This document shows positions 1-13,120 of a stretch of DNA of 64,000 bases, in pieces. This DNA is from Eledone cirrhosa (taxonomy: Eukaryota): positions 216,442,001 through 216,506,000 of the forward strand of contig OZ024741.1 of the NCBI GenBank assembly GCA_964016885.1, given 5' to 3'. Numbering within the stretch: position 1 is the first letter of the stretch; each line of letters starts with the position of its first letter. The position numbers and the translations under genes are program-made. The notes beneath the pieces are model-generated. The model searched no databases. It was not told the origin of the DNA and saw nothing but the letters and a program-made list of their open reading frames with translations.

Positions 1-69
1 CCATATTAAACAATTATTAATAAATGCAAATAAGGCTTCAAAAGTAACTAGTAGCGACTTCTCTTGAAA

Positions 70-443
70 ATGGACAAAATTTGGCATCATTGTGTTATCA
101 AGTATCTGCATGAAAAGGGCATGAAAAGGACATTCATGTTGACATGGTTGTTACATTAGGGGATGACGCTCCAGCTTTATCAACAGTGTAAAAGTTGGCA
201 GCTGAATTTAGAAGTGGAAGAGAGAGTCTTGAAGATTACCTAAAATCTGGACGTCCTGCAACTGTCACCACCGTGGAAAATATTGATCGTGTTCACCACA
301 TGGTGATGGATGACAGTCGATGGCCAATGTTATTAGCATATCCCGTGAGAGAGTTGAGAATATTCCACACAATGAATTTGGCATGATGAAGGTTTCTGCT
401 CCATGGCTGCCACGTCTTCTAACACCTGATCAAAAGTGCACCA
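70..443 (+). pseudogene. mariner-family transposase N-terminal (HTH) fragment, degraded
   Basis: Reads MDKIWHHCVIKYLHEKG..DIHVDMVVTLGDDAPALSTV*KLAAEFRSGRESLED..SGRPATVTT.ENID.VH.MVMDD, then ..KVSAPWLPRLLT. This is the typical mariner N-terminus with a WVP-like motif; it has stops and frameshifts. Confidence 0.85.
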
Positions 444-494
444 TGTGTGTGCGTATGTATGCGTGTGTATGAGTAATTATTTTTTCTTTTTTTT

Positions 495-2195
495 TTTGAC
501 TGGCCACCTTCCTGGTGGCAAGTTTGTGAAGAAAAGGAAATTGTCGCGTTCATTGTGTAAGCGTTCATCGTTTGAGCCGTAAGAATGTTTTATAGATTTT
601 GAAGATTCCAGATACCATAGCCATTTGTAGCTTATGAATTAAAGAGCAACGTTTTTTCTCCACAAATCCAAGTTGAGTTATACTTCGGCCCAGGCCGGTT
701 GGTATATAGCCTGTAGCTCCAATAATGACGGGTATGAAGTTGAACGTGTAGCCTAGACACTAGATCTGCAAACTCCTCATCTATGGTCCGTAGATATCCC
801 CCTTCTCTTGCATTTTTCTTACCACATTAACATCAATTGGCCAATTGACTTCCACAACAGGGCATGTCTTTAAAATATAACACGCCAAAATATATACCAG
901 AGAGATAAAAAAAAGTAAGCAAAAACAAAAGCCACCATCAATTCACCTCTAACCGGAAAATGAGATCGTAAAAGAGTAAATAAAAGAAAAAGAGAGGTTA
1001 TATGTCTTAATCGGTATGGTGAGCAAATGGGGTCCCACGTGCTAGCCTCCCCACAGCCCCGGCGGACGTGGTCTCAAACAAGAATATCAGTCTCGATGTG
1101 CTTTATTTTGGCGGCAGTTTTTATTCTTAAGTCCCACCAGTATTCCTTTGAGCGATCAGCTTCAACATTTTCCACCTTATTTGATTTGAATTTCGTCTTC
1201 CGTAATACATTTCTGATCATTCTCGCTACCACATTATTCCTCATGAAGAAGACATCCTTTCTCACTTAGTAATAATGTGGCTAGCGTCTCCGGTCTTTGT
1301 TTTATGCAGCCTACATTTATTATCAACTGATGACCTTTCTCTTTTGTACAGTAGGTACTTGGTGAGGATTTCTTGTTCTGGGGTTGCATGGAGGTATCAT
1401 TCACGTGGGTTGTTATGAACTTTTCAGAACACCATGTCAGGCTCTTTGTATGGTTTGTAGTCTAAAGTACCCATGTACAAGCTTCAAGGTGGATTGGTCT
1501 ATTTTTCTTTATTTCGTTCGAGCATTGAGTAATCTTCCAATGTTCCTGGGAGGGGGATTTGTATCAGCTTTTATTTTATGTCCTTCCTCTAGTTCAGTGG
1601 CTATCCTAACAATTTTATTATTTTCATGCAAATTAGGGTGGTGGGTTGGTAGTATCGGTAGAGGGTCGGACGCCATGCTTGCAGCATAGAATTACGGCCC
1701 TTTACGGTCTGAGTTCAAATCCCGCCGAGGTTCACTTTGCCTTTCATCCTTAAGGGGGTCGATAAAATAAAGTACCAGTAATGCACTGGGATATTTGCTG
1801 GCCTTGTGCCAAAGCTAGAAACAATTATTATTTTCATGCACATAAACCAGGGAAAGATGGCTGCTGACCTTTTTATTTACTGCTGAAGATGTTGCTTCAG
1901 TATACTATTCGTGTCTCGTATGATATTAATGTGGATTTTAGGTCCGGGCCACCCTCCTTGCATGAGAAATATAGCCTATCCACATAACCATTGATGTTAA
2001 ATTTTCCAGTATTATCTAGCAGTTTGCAATGACCAGTTCAGCAAATTAAATGTTGGAACCAGGATGGGCATAGCAAAAATATTAATGTCAATGAGCTTGC
2101 TGTACTCTCCCAAGGTATGCATTCCTCGTCCTCTTTTATTTATAGGTCCATCATATCTGACATTCTCATCCTGTCCAAGATAACTATAGTTTTCA
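495..2195 (-). mobile_element. R4/Dong-like RLE non-LTR retrotransposon, degraded 3' part with nested insertions
   Basis: Peptides EYWWDLRIKTAAKIKH, C.VVEVN.PIDVNVVRK.QEK.DIYGP and INIFAMPILVPTFNLLNW, homologous to the copies at 5.8-7.0 kb and 8-11 kb. 3' UTR hairpin and A-rich tail at ~480-525. Confidence 0.75.
1631..1824 (+). mobile_element. tRNA-derived SINE (family 1) with 16-bp TSD
   Basis: A box TGGTAGTATCGG and B box GAGTTCAAATCC. TSD ttattattttcatgca at 1615-1630 and 1825-1840. Many other copies in the window. Confidence 0.85.
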
Positions 2196-2289
2196 CATGT
2201 ATGTATGTATGTATGTATGTATGTATGCATGTATGTATGTATGTATGTATGTATGTATGTATGTATGTATGTATGTATGTATGTATGTA

Positions 2290-3657
2290 TGTCAGGTCGC
2301 TCTCGGGTGCTACTGGTAACATGTAACCCAGTACAACCTGTCTCAAGCTCGTTCAGCACATCGGTAGGAGTTCTCCTACATGGCTATAAAGTAGTGGCCG
2401 TACTCGAAAACGAGTTGGCAGCCACCATGTATGTGTGTATGTATGTATGTATGTATGTATGTGTGTATGTATGTATGTATGTATGTATGTATGCATGTAT
2501 GTCAGGTCGCTCTCGAGTGCTACTGGTAACATGTAACCCAGTACAACCTGTCTCAAGCTTGCTTGGCGAGGAGGGTGATATTTGGACACCCTGCGAGATG
2601 AAATACAAGACCCGGCAAAGGGCAGAGGAACTCAGCAGAACCAACGGCCATCCAAATAGTACTTTCTTTTTACCTGGGAGTGAAAGGCTCCCATTTGTTG
2701 TTACAACACCTTTCTAAGAAAGGGAAACTCTGGAAAAAAAACAACTGTTTCGGAAGCATCCGATGATGTTGACCAGTTCTCCTTTTCGGGTAGTGTTTTC
2801 GATACTCAGAGAGTGGGGTTGGTCGAGTGCAAGGCCTTTCCCCACTGAAAAGACCTTCAAAGCACAGGCATTGCTTGTTCAGGATTTGTTACAGGTTCAT
2901 GTGGCTCTCCGTAGCCTAAAAGTGTACCATTTTCTGTAATCTGACAGGCGATTGCAGTACTCTTAGCAGAGTTTGCAGACATCATGTATGTATGTATGTA
3001 TGTATGTATGTATGTATGTATGTATGTATGTATGTATGTATGTATGTATGTATGTATGTATGTATGTATGTATGTATGTATGTATCCCAGTACAACCTGT
3101 CTCATGGTCGGGTCGTTGGCGACTAAACTGGCAACCCCACCAAGGTTTCTTGGTGAGGAGGGTGACTTTGGACATCCTGCAGGACTAAAAACAAAACCTG
3201 TCAAAGGGCAAAGGAACTCTTAAGAGTCAATGGCCATCCAAAATCACCGGGAGAGATGACCCCTTAGCCTTTGTCAAGGCAGAATTCTAGGAGAAGGAAA
3301 ACTCTGATATAACACCTGCAACTCTGATGGTATCCAATGATGTTGACATGTTCTTCTTTTTGGTAAATATCATCTTGGTTAAGAGAGTGGGACTGGCTTT
3401 GTGCAGTGCCTTTGCTCACTATAAAAGCTTCACGGCACAGGCATTGCTTTATATCTGGAGATCTCTCTGCACTTGTCGTCACATGGTACCATGGGCCCAG
3501 CACTATGTGTCAATAATTGTCACAAGTGTAGTGTTTGTACCAGAGTGTTCAAGTCGCTGGCTGAACTAAAAAGTCACACTCGTTCAGCGCATCGGTAGGA
3601 GTTCTCCTACATGGATATAAAGTAGTGGCCGTACTCGAAAACGAGTTGGCAGTCACC
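2290..3657 (+). mobile_element. cluster of non-autonomous RTE-derived elements separated by (ATGT)n
   Basis: RTE-type 5' motif CTAGGAGAAGGAAAACTCTGA and a C-terminal C2H2 finger remnant (CSVCTRVFKSLA.LKSHTRS). 3' end cgagttggcagccacc followed by (ATGT)n. Confidence 0.65.
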
Positions 3658-3658
3658 A

Positions 3659-3743
<85 letters not shown>

Positions 3744-4530
3744 TTATGTGCATATGTATATGTGTTTAATGGGCAGTTGCAAAACTAAAAAGAATAGAAA
3801 AAAAATCTGGAAAAAAATTATTGTAGAAAATCTTTTTTCTCAAAATATATTTCAAGGGAGATAATATAATAATTTATTTTCAGAGTGATCTCCCGTGGAG
3901 TTTGTCGTTTGGTGTAGTAGTATTAATAGATATAAACTGTTAAATAAGGAAGAGGGAGATTTTCACTACTACTGTATAACAACAATGCTGGTAGCCTGCT
4001 GGTATATGCATTAGGGAATTGAATTAAGAAATCTCATTTTATCTATAGCAGTTTATATTAAATGGTAAAGAATAGAAGAGTTGATAGAATTAAGACTAAT
4101 AGGGAATGTTAATATGTATTTTGACAATCAAACGGAGATGGAGACAGGCGTTCAATCCTAGTAGCGTTCGTAATATGAAAATGTAGATTTCAAGCGATGG
4201 TTACAGTATAACGATCGCTCTATTCTGTTATATAATAAAATAAAATATTTTTGGATTTCAGGCACTCCCAAAAATTCTTATTTAGATAAAATAAGCCATA
4301 TACTCATTGTATTCTCATTAGAAACCTTCTATATACTTGTTGACCAGTAAATTGAATTGCCATCTGTCATAAACTATCCCCTCTCTTCTTCCTTTCTTAC
4401 AACTAATATAAATACTTCAATTTTTCTGATTTTTTCCAATTTATCCAATATCTCTGAAGAAGTGACAACTGATTATACATTTGCTATCGAATACTTGCTA
4501 ACATTATATGATTACGCAAGCAGCGATACA

Positions 4531-4570
4531 TAGGTATTCCGTCTGTTACAGAAACATATGTCAATACCTA
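4531..4570 (+). ncRNA. degenerate type I hammerhead (core partly deleted)
   Basis: Stem I taggtatt/aataccta, GAAA, palindromic stem III catatg and GUC site. CUGANGA and stem II are disrupted. Confidence 0.45.
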
Positions 4571-4655
4571 ATAAATTCCTTTATAAAAGCACTTTCATTT
4601 TATATTCATCTTTTCTGGTATTCTGTTTTATCTACACTAGTATTTAACTGGTACT

Positions 4656-5631
4656 CAATAACTGATCATCATCACCATCATCATCATCATCATCATCACC
4701 AACATCATCATCATCATTATCATCATACAAAAATGTGTTCATAGACTGGTGGTGCCCTATTTTATCGACCCTCAGTATTTGACTGGTACTTTAGTTTGTC
4801 AAACGCAATGCTTGACTGGTATTCTGTTTTATTTACCCCAGTATTTAATTGGTACTCTATTTTATCTACCCCAGTACTTAACTGGTACTTATTTCATTGA
4901 CCTCTACCCGTATTTGACTGGTACTTTACTTTATAAACCCTGAGTTGATCTCTGCGAGATTTGGAGTCAGAGTGACCCAGAGATCCGAGAGAAACATGAC
5001 ATGATATATGATCCTACGTAAGTGTCCAACATAAAAACAAAACACTATTTCCAGTGAAATGAACAAATAAAATATATCAGTTGTTTGATAATAAATATTT
5101 AATTATTTTCCCAGAATTAATATCGAGGATTTAATATAGAAGTTGCTCGGAAGATCAAATTGAACCGAATACGGATGTTGATACAACAAACAATGTGAGG
5201 CTTGTCACACTTATGGAGTTCGTCACACCAGATTTTAGTCCATCCAACCCCCCACCGCTTATTAAATTTTCCTAATCTATCTCCGACGAAATTTTATTGT
5301 AAGTGATTCGTATTGATACAGAAACTGGAGAATGTAATAATTATTTTATTTAACATTTAAAAAACATTATATATGACAAAAAAAAAAGAACATTAAAAGA
5401 AATCCCATATTTACGTACGTACACTATACAATTACCCATTTCCACAAGCCCGGTTTATTCCAAACCCCCGCTTATAGGAATTTAAGAAAATGTCCACACC
5501 CCGCTTATTCCAACACCCCCTATTATTTGGGACCCAAGACTACGTAAAAAGTACCAGTCAAGTACTGGGGTCGATTCTTTTTCTATATCTCACTCTCTAT
5601 CCTTTTCTGGTAGAAATCGGCTTTATTCAGA
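4656..5631 (+). repeat. left arm of ~1 kb inverted duplication
   Basis: Near-identical reverse complement of 14126-15167. Contains (CAT)n, ~36-bp SINE-tail repeats and a MITE-like end. Confidence 0.9.
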
Positions 5632-5789
5632 GTTACGGGTCTGCACATACATACATGCATACATATATATACATATATACATATATACATATATACATAT
5701 ATACATATATACATATATACATACATACACTTATACATACACTTATACATACATACGCCAACATTTGGTCTGCTGAACTGGTCATTGCA

Positions 5790-6970
5790 AGAACTAAGTA
5801 AGAACTTGCAAGCTTCTCAGTGTTACTGGAAACTTTATCATCAATGGTGATGCGGATATGCTATACTTCTCTCGCAAAGAAGGTGGCCGGGGTCTAGAAT
5901 CCATATTAGCATCATATGAGACTCAGATAGTAATACAGGAGGAACATCTTCAACAGAAGAAAAAGGTCAGCAACCATCTTGTCCAGGTCTATAATCATGA
6001 AGGAAATAATATCTTTAGGATAGCCACCGATCTGGAGGAGAGATGTGGAGTAAGGCCTGATATAAATCTCTCTCCGAGGGAAATTGGAAGATCCTAATCA
6101 ATATTCGAACAAGATGAAAAAAATGGACCAATTTACAAAGTTCTGCATGGGTACCTGAGACAAAATCACAGACCATAGAGAGGATAAATCATTCAAAAAA
6201 CCTGGCATGGAGTTCCGACAAGTTTATGACATCCCACCTTGAATGATATCTATATGCAATACAGGAATAAGAAATCCCTACCAAATATCTGCTACACAAA
6301 AGAGGAGGGCCATCAGTCGACAATAAATGTAGGCTTTATAAAATAAAGGCCGAAGATATTAGCCATATTGTTGCCAACTGCGAAAGAATGTTGTCTCGCT
6401 ACTACTTCCTTATGAGACACGATGATAACTAGAACCATCTGGAATGCACTTTGGAAAACAAAATTAAAAACAAATGAGGAGGAATATGTTGAGATAGATG
6501 GCACTAAAGAATATTGATGGAACTTGAAAATAAAACCTGCCACAAAATTAAAGCACAACCGGCTTGATATTGTTGCTTAGAACCACACATTGAAAACATG
6601 CTCTGTTGCAGAAATCAGCTGCCCACTTGATGTCAACGTTGTAAGAAAAATACAAGAGAAGGAGGACATCTACGGACCATTAATGAGGAGTTTGCAGATC
6701 CAGTATCCAAGATGCACCTTCAGCTTCATACCCAACATTATTAGAGCTACAGGTTATATACAACCCACTTGAACCAAAGTATAACTGAACTTGGATTCGT
6801 GGACAAAGAGAGCAGCTCCATAATTCATAGACCACAAAATGGCTGCGATAGCTGGCACCTTCAAAATTTGCACAACAATCTTGCGATTCAAGGGATGGCA
6901 AATTTTATCTCTTACAACCTTGCCATCAGGAAGGTGGCAGGTCAAAATTGTAGTCGAAATTAAGAGAAAG
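5790..6970 (+). mobile_element. R4/Dong-like RLE LINE 3' fragment
   Basis: LYFSRKEGGRGL, CCHC remnant (NKCRL..HIVANC), RLE motif K.K.N..DI..EISCPLDVNV..KEDIYGP and 3' hairpin gccatc/ggtggc. Confidence 0.8.
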
Positions 6971-6994
6971 AGAAACATATACATACATAATACA

Positions 6995-7630
6995 TGATGG
7001 CTGCAAATTCTGCTAAGAGTATTTCAATCGCTTGTCAGATTACAGAAAATGGTGCACCTTTAGGCTACAGCCAGCCACACAAACCTGTAACATATCCTGA
7101 ACAAGCAATGTCTGTGCTTTAAAGGTTTTTTTTAAGTGGGGAAAGGCCTTACGCTCAGCCAATCCCACTCTCAGAGTTTGCCTCTCCTAGAAAAAAAAAA
7201 CTACTATTTGGATGGCCTTTGATTCTGTTGAGTTCCTCCGCCCTTTGCCGTGTCTTGTATTTCACTCTGCAGGGTGTCCACATATCACCCTCCTCACCAA
7301 GCCAGCTTGGTGGTGTTGCCGGTTTAGTCACCGACGACCCGACCATGAGACAGGTTGTACTGGGTTACAGGTTACCAGTAACACCCGAGAGCGACCTGAC
7401 ATAAATACATACATACGTACATACATACATGATTGTTGTAACTCGATTTCGCTTAATGCCATCGCTTGAGCATCCCCTACGTGGCTTTTTAGTCCTGCGA
7501 GGGATTTGCCTATGGCCAGCAATGAAATACCGCAAAAAATGACACATATCCAGCGATGCCTGTGCTTGAAGACTTTTTAAGGGAGGAAAGGCTTTTACAC
7601 GGGGCCAATCCCACTCTTTAAACAACGACT
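6995..7630 (-). mobile_element. non-autonomous RTE-derived elements (two pieces)
   Basis: Reverse complement of the 2.3-3.6 kb family, bounded by (CATA)n. Confidence 0.65.
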
Positions 7631-7844
7631 GCATTTACTCAAAACATAGAACCGGTTTACATCATTGAATGTAAACGAAGTCGCCGGTTTTATATCAGAG
7701 TGACCTTCTAGAGAGATGTCTTAGTGAAAACTAGGAATCTCTCGCTTATCACACAAAAGAATGCATGCATACATACATACATACATACATACATACATAC
7801 ATACATACATACATACATACATACATACATACATACATACATAG

Positions 7845-10800
7845 TCAGTCAACGTGATCAGTCGCACATTTTGGCATCGGAGACTATTCATTAAATTGAA
7901 GATGAATACTATCTCCGAGAGTAATGCCACAACTACCAGTCATGTTGAATAACTGGGTATTCTTCTAACTATAGCCACGGAAGACACCTTTTATTCGAAT
8001 TCGTAGAGATATCCGACTTGATAGATAATTTATTTTACAAGGATTTGCTACAAACGGCATGACTGAACACAACATCAACAACAACATCAGTGGAATACCG
8101 AAAAAAAAACGAGAAAGGTAAACAAAATGTATTCAGTTGTAGCTACAGAAGAAACCGAAATTATAAATCGCATTTCTCTTGGAGTTGCGTACTTAAAGAT
8201 GATTTGTTTAATTGTTATAAAATGGCAAAAAACAATCCCTCCATTGGCTATATGAACAGAATGAAGCTACTCTCAGACTCAGACTCAGAAGTTCCCGCGT
8301 CTTGCGACGCATGAGGCAATCATAGTGTACCATCGCGTTCGGTCAGCAGCCAGTTGCACAGCGTCCCGCCATTGTCTGTTCGTCGCTCGCAGGTCCCTCT
8401 CAACTGTCTGGCGCCAGTTCATATGAAGCTACACTGGGACGAAATACACCCAGAGCTAAATCACTTCACAGCTAAACAATTACGCCAACAAGCGACGTTT
8501 GTTGAACGTAAAAATAAGATGAATATTATTAATTGTAAGTCCCCCATAACAAACATGGAATCAACAACACGTGCTACAAGTGGCCATGCTACTGGACTTC
8601 CTAGAAGCCAGGACGAACAGTGCTTTAGAATAATTATGCCTGTAAGAAATTTGACGCCACGTGTACCATCTAAGTCTACTTCGAATGCTGGGGAAATCCC
8701 TATCGATAATAATAATAATCAAAGAAATTTGACACCACGTGTACCATCCGAGTCTACGTCGACTGTTGTGGAAAATACTATCGATAATGATAATAATCAA
8801 AAGTATAAACAATTGAAATTTTCCCTCAACGAAATCTTCCAGAGAGAAATTAATTCATGTATAAATATCTCTCTTGCTGAACGTATTAAATCAACAATAT
8901 TTAATAAAAAACCAAATAATGAAATATTACGTGTTGTTGACAAAATAGGGGATGAATATTTACGACGGATAAAAACCCCAACATTTTGGCAAATCAACGC
9001 CTGTTTATATGCCTTAGCAACGTCAGTGAAGCATTATCTTGAAGATAGCATAGATATTAACAAAAACAGAACACCACCAAAAATACCATCATATATAACT
9101 AAAATAGAAAAAAAGATTGCTGGCCTACGAAAAACCATAGGATATATGACAATGCTCCTTATATGCAAACAAACACAAAAAAGCTTCACTCCTCACCAAC
9201 AAAGAGTGAAAAATAAAATAGAGACGATGTTTGGTAACAGTAGAACCAGAACTCTTCAATATAAGCTGATCACCCTCCAAGAAAACACCAGGAAGAGACA
9301 CGATTGTCGGCTACTGGTACAAAAAACTGATATTCTATCGGAGGTATCTTACTGACCTCTACCAACAAGTTCTTAAGGGAGATACACTTATACCAGAATG
9401 GTTGACATTAGCACAAATATTACTGGTCCCCAAGAACAAAAGACACCCAGCTGGCAAAAAACTACCGACCCATTGCTTGCCAGAACCTGATGTATAAGAT
9501 GTATACAGCCTGCCTGAACCTATTCTTCCAAGATCACAGTGAAAATAATAATATCATCACAGATGAACAAGCAGCTGGAAAGAAATGGGCTTGGGGATGT
9601 GCTGAACAACTCCTAATCAACAAAACTACGATGTCGGAGGTGCGACAGCTTAGTAGGAATATAGCTACAGTCTCGCTGAACTACAGGAAATCTTTCGATT
9701 CTGTTCCCCACTCTTGGATGATAGAGGCCCTTCGATTTGCTAAAGTCCCGAACATTATTATCAGAACCATAGAGAAGCTGTCTTCTTCTTGGGCTACTAT
9801 CCTAAAGTTAAAGACAGAGAAGGAGGACTATTTTCACTGATAAAATAAAATATTGCAGGGGCATATTTCAGGGAGACAGTCTCTCTGTGATATTATTTAT
9901 CCTGTCATTAAATCCCTTGTCCTTTTTGCTCAAGAAATGTGAAGGATACATCATTGGCTCACAGGAGGACAGAAATACGAACCTAACCCATAATTTCTTT
10001 GTGGATGATCTGAAACTCTATGCCAAGAACATGGATGGGATGAAGAAAAATCTTGACCTGGTTACAACATTCTCAAAGGATATAAGAATGGAGTTTGGCC
10101 AAGATAAATGCTCATATATGACTGTAAAGCGGGGAAAAACAACAACCCAATCTAGCAGCATTTGTATCAATGGCTTAACTGTTTCACCAATATCTGATGA
10201 GGACTGCTACAGATGAGAACATATCCTATAATGGTATCTGTAATAAGGAACGCGTAACCAGTGAATACTACACCCGATTAAGAAAGATTTGGTCATCGGA
10301 ACTCTCTGCGCAAAACAAAACAGTGGCTCACAATGTGTTTGCTGTGCCTGTCCTAACACCAACGTTTGGAATACTCAATTGGACAATAGACGAAATCCGA
10401 GCAGTTGATGTTGGAACTCGAAAAATACTAAACAACACCGGAAACTTCCACATCAACAGCGACATAGACCGCCTTTACTTGAAACGTAAGCAGGGAGGCA
10501 GAGGCCTAACATCAGTCCAGACAGCATTTGAATGTCGCATCATATCCCTCCGACAACGTCTACGAACCTCAAAGCGTAGGAGCCCGTCTCTCGAGCAAGT
10601 CTATCTGCATGAAACAGATAAGGTCATGAGAGTTGGGAAGGAACTCCTCGAGAGATATTCCCTGTGTGATAATCAAAAACTCACACACAGGGAAGTCGCT
10701 CAGCAGTATCGCAGTGAATCCATGGATGAAAAATTGCATGCTTATCAGTAAAAACTCATGCATGGATATGTTGCCAGGAAGCTCCAGAATGAGAGTAATA

Positions 10801-11045
10801 TAGATAAGGAAAGTAGTCTATCTTGGACCAACAACCGCTATATTGGCTCCCACTTTGAAGGATACGCTTTTGCAATCCAGGAACAGGAGATTAGCACGAA
10901 ATACCTGATTCACAAAAGAGATAGGGATGCAGGCAAAAACACCTAGATGTGATAACAAGTGTAGACTCTGTAGAATTAACATCGAAGATGTCACCCATGT
11001 CATCAGAAGCTGTCCAAAGATGTCATCGCAGTACTACTTACTACT
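7845..11045 (+). mobile_element. R4/Dong-like RLE LINE, internally deleted and frameshifted
   Basis: RT motifs YRPIACQNLMYK, QAAGKK..GCAEQLLI, YRKSFDSVPHSW, GIFQGDSLS and FFVDDLKL, followed by IDRLYLKRKQGGRGL and CCHC CRLC..EDVTHVIRSC. Confidence 0.9.
8271..8422 (-). mobile_element. 5'-truncated RTE 3' end inserted into the R4/Dong ORF
   Basis: 10-bp TSD atgaagctac at 8261-8270 and 8423-8432. Encodes NWRQTVERDL..W..A..LAADRTRW and ends in a (CTGAGT)n tail. Confidence 0.85.
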
Positions 11046-11054
11046 CGCAATACT

Positions 11055-12092
11055 ACTCTCTCTCTCTCTCGGTCTCATACAGGCTCTATACCCCCCTCTT
11101 TCTCCCCCTCTCTCTCTCATGCCTTCTTTCATTCCTTCTCCTCTCTCTCTCTCACACACACTCTTTCCCTCATTCTCCCCCTTTCTCTTACACCCTCTTT
11201 CCCTCATACCCTCTCTCTCACGCCCTCTCTGTCACACACGCTCCCTCTCTCCACCTTCTCCCCTCTCTCTCACACATGGTCTCTCTCTCTCTCTCTCCCT
11301 CTCTCTACGCCCTCTCTCTCTCTCTACCTCTTCTACCTCTCTACATTCTCAGTTCATATACCGTCTAATTCTACTTTGCCTTTCATTAATAAAGTACTCA
11401 CTCTGTCGATTCTTACTATAGATCGATAGATCGATCTAAGAAATCTGCCGTGGTCAAACCAAGAGGAGAGTATATATAGACGCAATTAAGTTTTCAATGT
11501 CACAGTAGGGCCGCTACCATTCCATCGGGTGAACCCAGAACGTAAGGATCCGGCACAAACAACACAACACAGATGGTGTAGTAATACCACTAATACAAGG
11601 AGAGAGGGAGGGAGAGAGTGTGTGAGAGAGAGAGGGGGGCGTGAGAGAGATGGGGAGCATGAGAGAGGCGGGAGAGAGAGTGTGTGTGGGAGAGGGGCGT
11701 GAAAGAGAGGGGAGAGGGAGAACAGGAAAGAGCGTATGTGAGAGAGAGAGAGAGAGAGAGAGAGAGGGCGTGGGAGAGAGGTGGAGAAGGAGGGAAAAAG
11801 AGAGTCTTTGTGTGTGAGAGAGAGAGAGAGAGAGAGGAGAAGGAGGGAAAGAGGGCGTGAGAGAGAGAGGGTGAAGGAGGGATATGGAGAACCTGTATAT
11901 GTGAGAGAGAGAGAGAAGGGGGAGAGGGCGTGCGAAAGAGGGGGAGAAGGGGGAGATATAGACCTTGTATGTGAGTGAGAGAGAGAGAGAGAGAGAGGGA
12001 GAGAGGGAGAAGGAGGGAGATATAGAGCATGTATGAGACCGAGAGAGAGAGAGAGCGAGAGAGAGAGAGAGAGAGAGAGAGGGGGGAGAGAG
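11055..12092. repeat. (CT)-rich and (GA)-rich low-complexity tracts flanking a 250-bp core
   Basis: Polypyrimidine tract 11055-11345 and polypurine tract 11595-12092. Confidence 0.85.
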
Positions 12093-12349
12093 ATCCAGCC
12101 ACAAAGAATACAACTTTCTCACAACTCTGACAAATGGTTGTCTATTGTATCTTTACAGATACTTAGTTGTGCATTCAGAAATCAAATTCAACCGAAATCG
12201 ATTTTACTTTCCATCATCTTCCCCTACCTCCCTTCTCTAGGATCGATACCAATAAATACTAATCAAGTTCCATAGTTCGATCCTACTGCCAGTTTTCATT
12301 CATAAAATATTTGGTCTTGTTCACTGCCGGATTAACATTTTAGCAAGAG

Positions 12350-13120
12350 TGTTTCTTGGTGAGGAGGGTGACTTTGGACATCCTGCAGGACTAAAAACAA
12401 AACCTGTCAAAGGGCGACTTTGGACATCCTGCAGGACTAAAAACAAAACCTGTCAAAGGGCAAAGGAGCTCTTAAGAGTCAATGGCCATCCAAAATCACC
12501 GGGAGAGATGACCCCTTAGCCTTTGTCAGGGCAGAATTCTAGGAGAAGGAAAACTCTGATGTAGCACCTGCAACCCTGATGGTATCCAATGATGTTGACT
12601 TGTTCTTCTTTTTGGTAAATATCATCTTGGTTAAGAGAGTGGGACTGGGTTTGTGCCGTGCCTTTGCTCACTATAAAAGCTTCACGGCACAGGCATTGCT
12701 TTATATCTGGAGATCTCTCTGTACTTGTCATTACAGGGTACAATGGGCCCAGCACTGTGTCAGTAATTGTCACAAGTGTAGTGTTTGTACCAGAGTTTTC
12801 AAGTCGCTGGCTGGACTAAAAAGTCACACTCGTTCAGCGAATCAGTAGGGGTTCTCCTACACGGATATAAAGTAGTGGCCGTACTCGAAAACGAGTTGGC
12901 AGCCACCATGTATGTATGTATGTTGGGTCACTCTTGGGTGCTACTGATAACAGGTAACCCAGTTCAACCTGTCGCATGGTCAAGTCGTCGGCGACTAAAC
13001 CGGCAACCCCACCAACTTTACTTGGTGAGGAGGGTGATTTTGGACACTCTGCAGGACAAAAAACAAAACCTGATAAAGGGCGGAAGAACTCATAAGGGTC
13101 AACGGCCATCCAAACGTGTG
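12350..13120 (+). mobile_element. non-autonomous RTE-derived elements
   Basis: Same family as 3085-3657, with an internal ~45-bp tandem duplication at 12370-12460 and the C2H2 remnant CHKCSVCTRVFKSLAGLKSHTRS. Confidence 0.7.

Noticed and set aside
12922-13005. HDV-like, twister or pistol ribozyme at the 5' end of the RTE-derived family (gtcgc..gcgaCTAAA)
   Set aside because: A P4/J4-2-like piece is present, but I could not build a convincing P1/P3/L3 or the twister and pistol pseudoknots.
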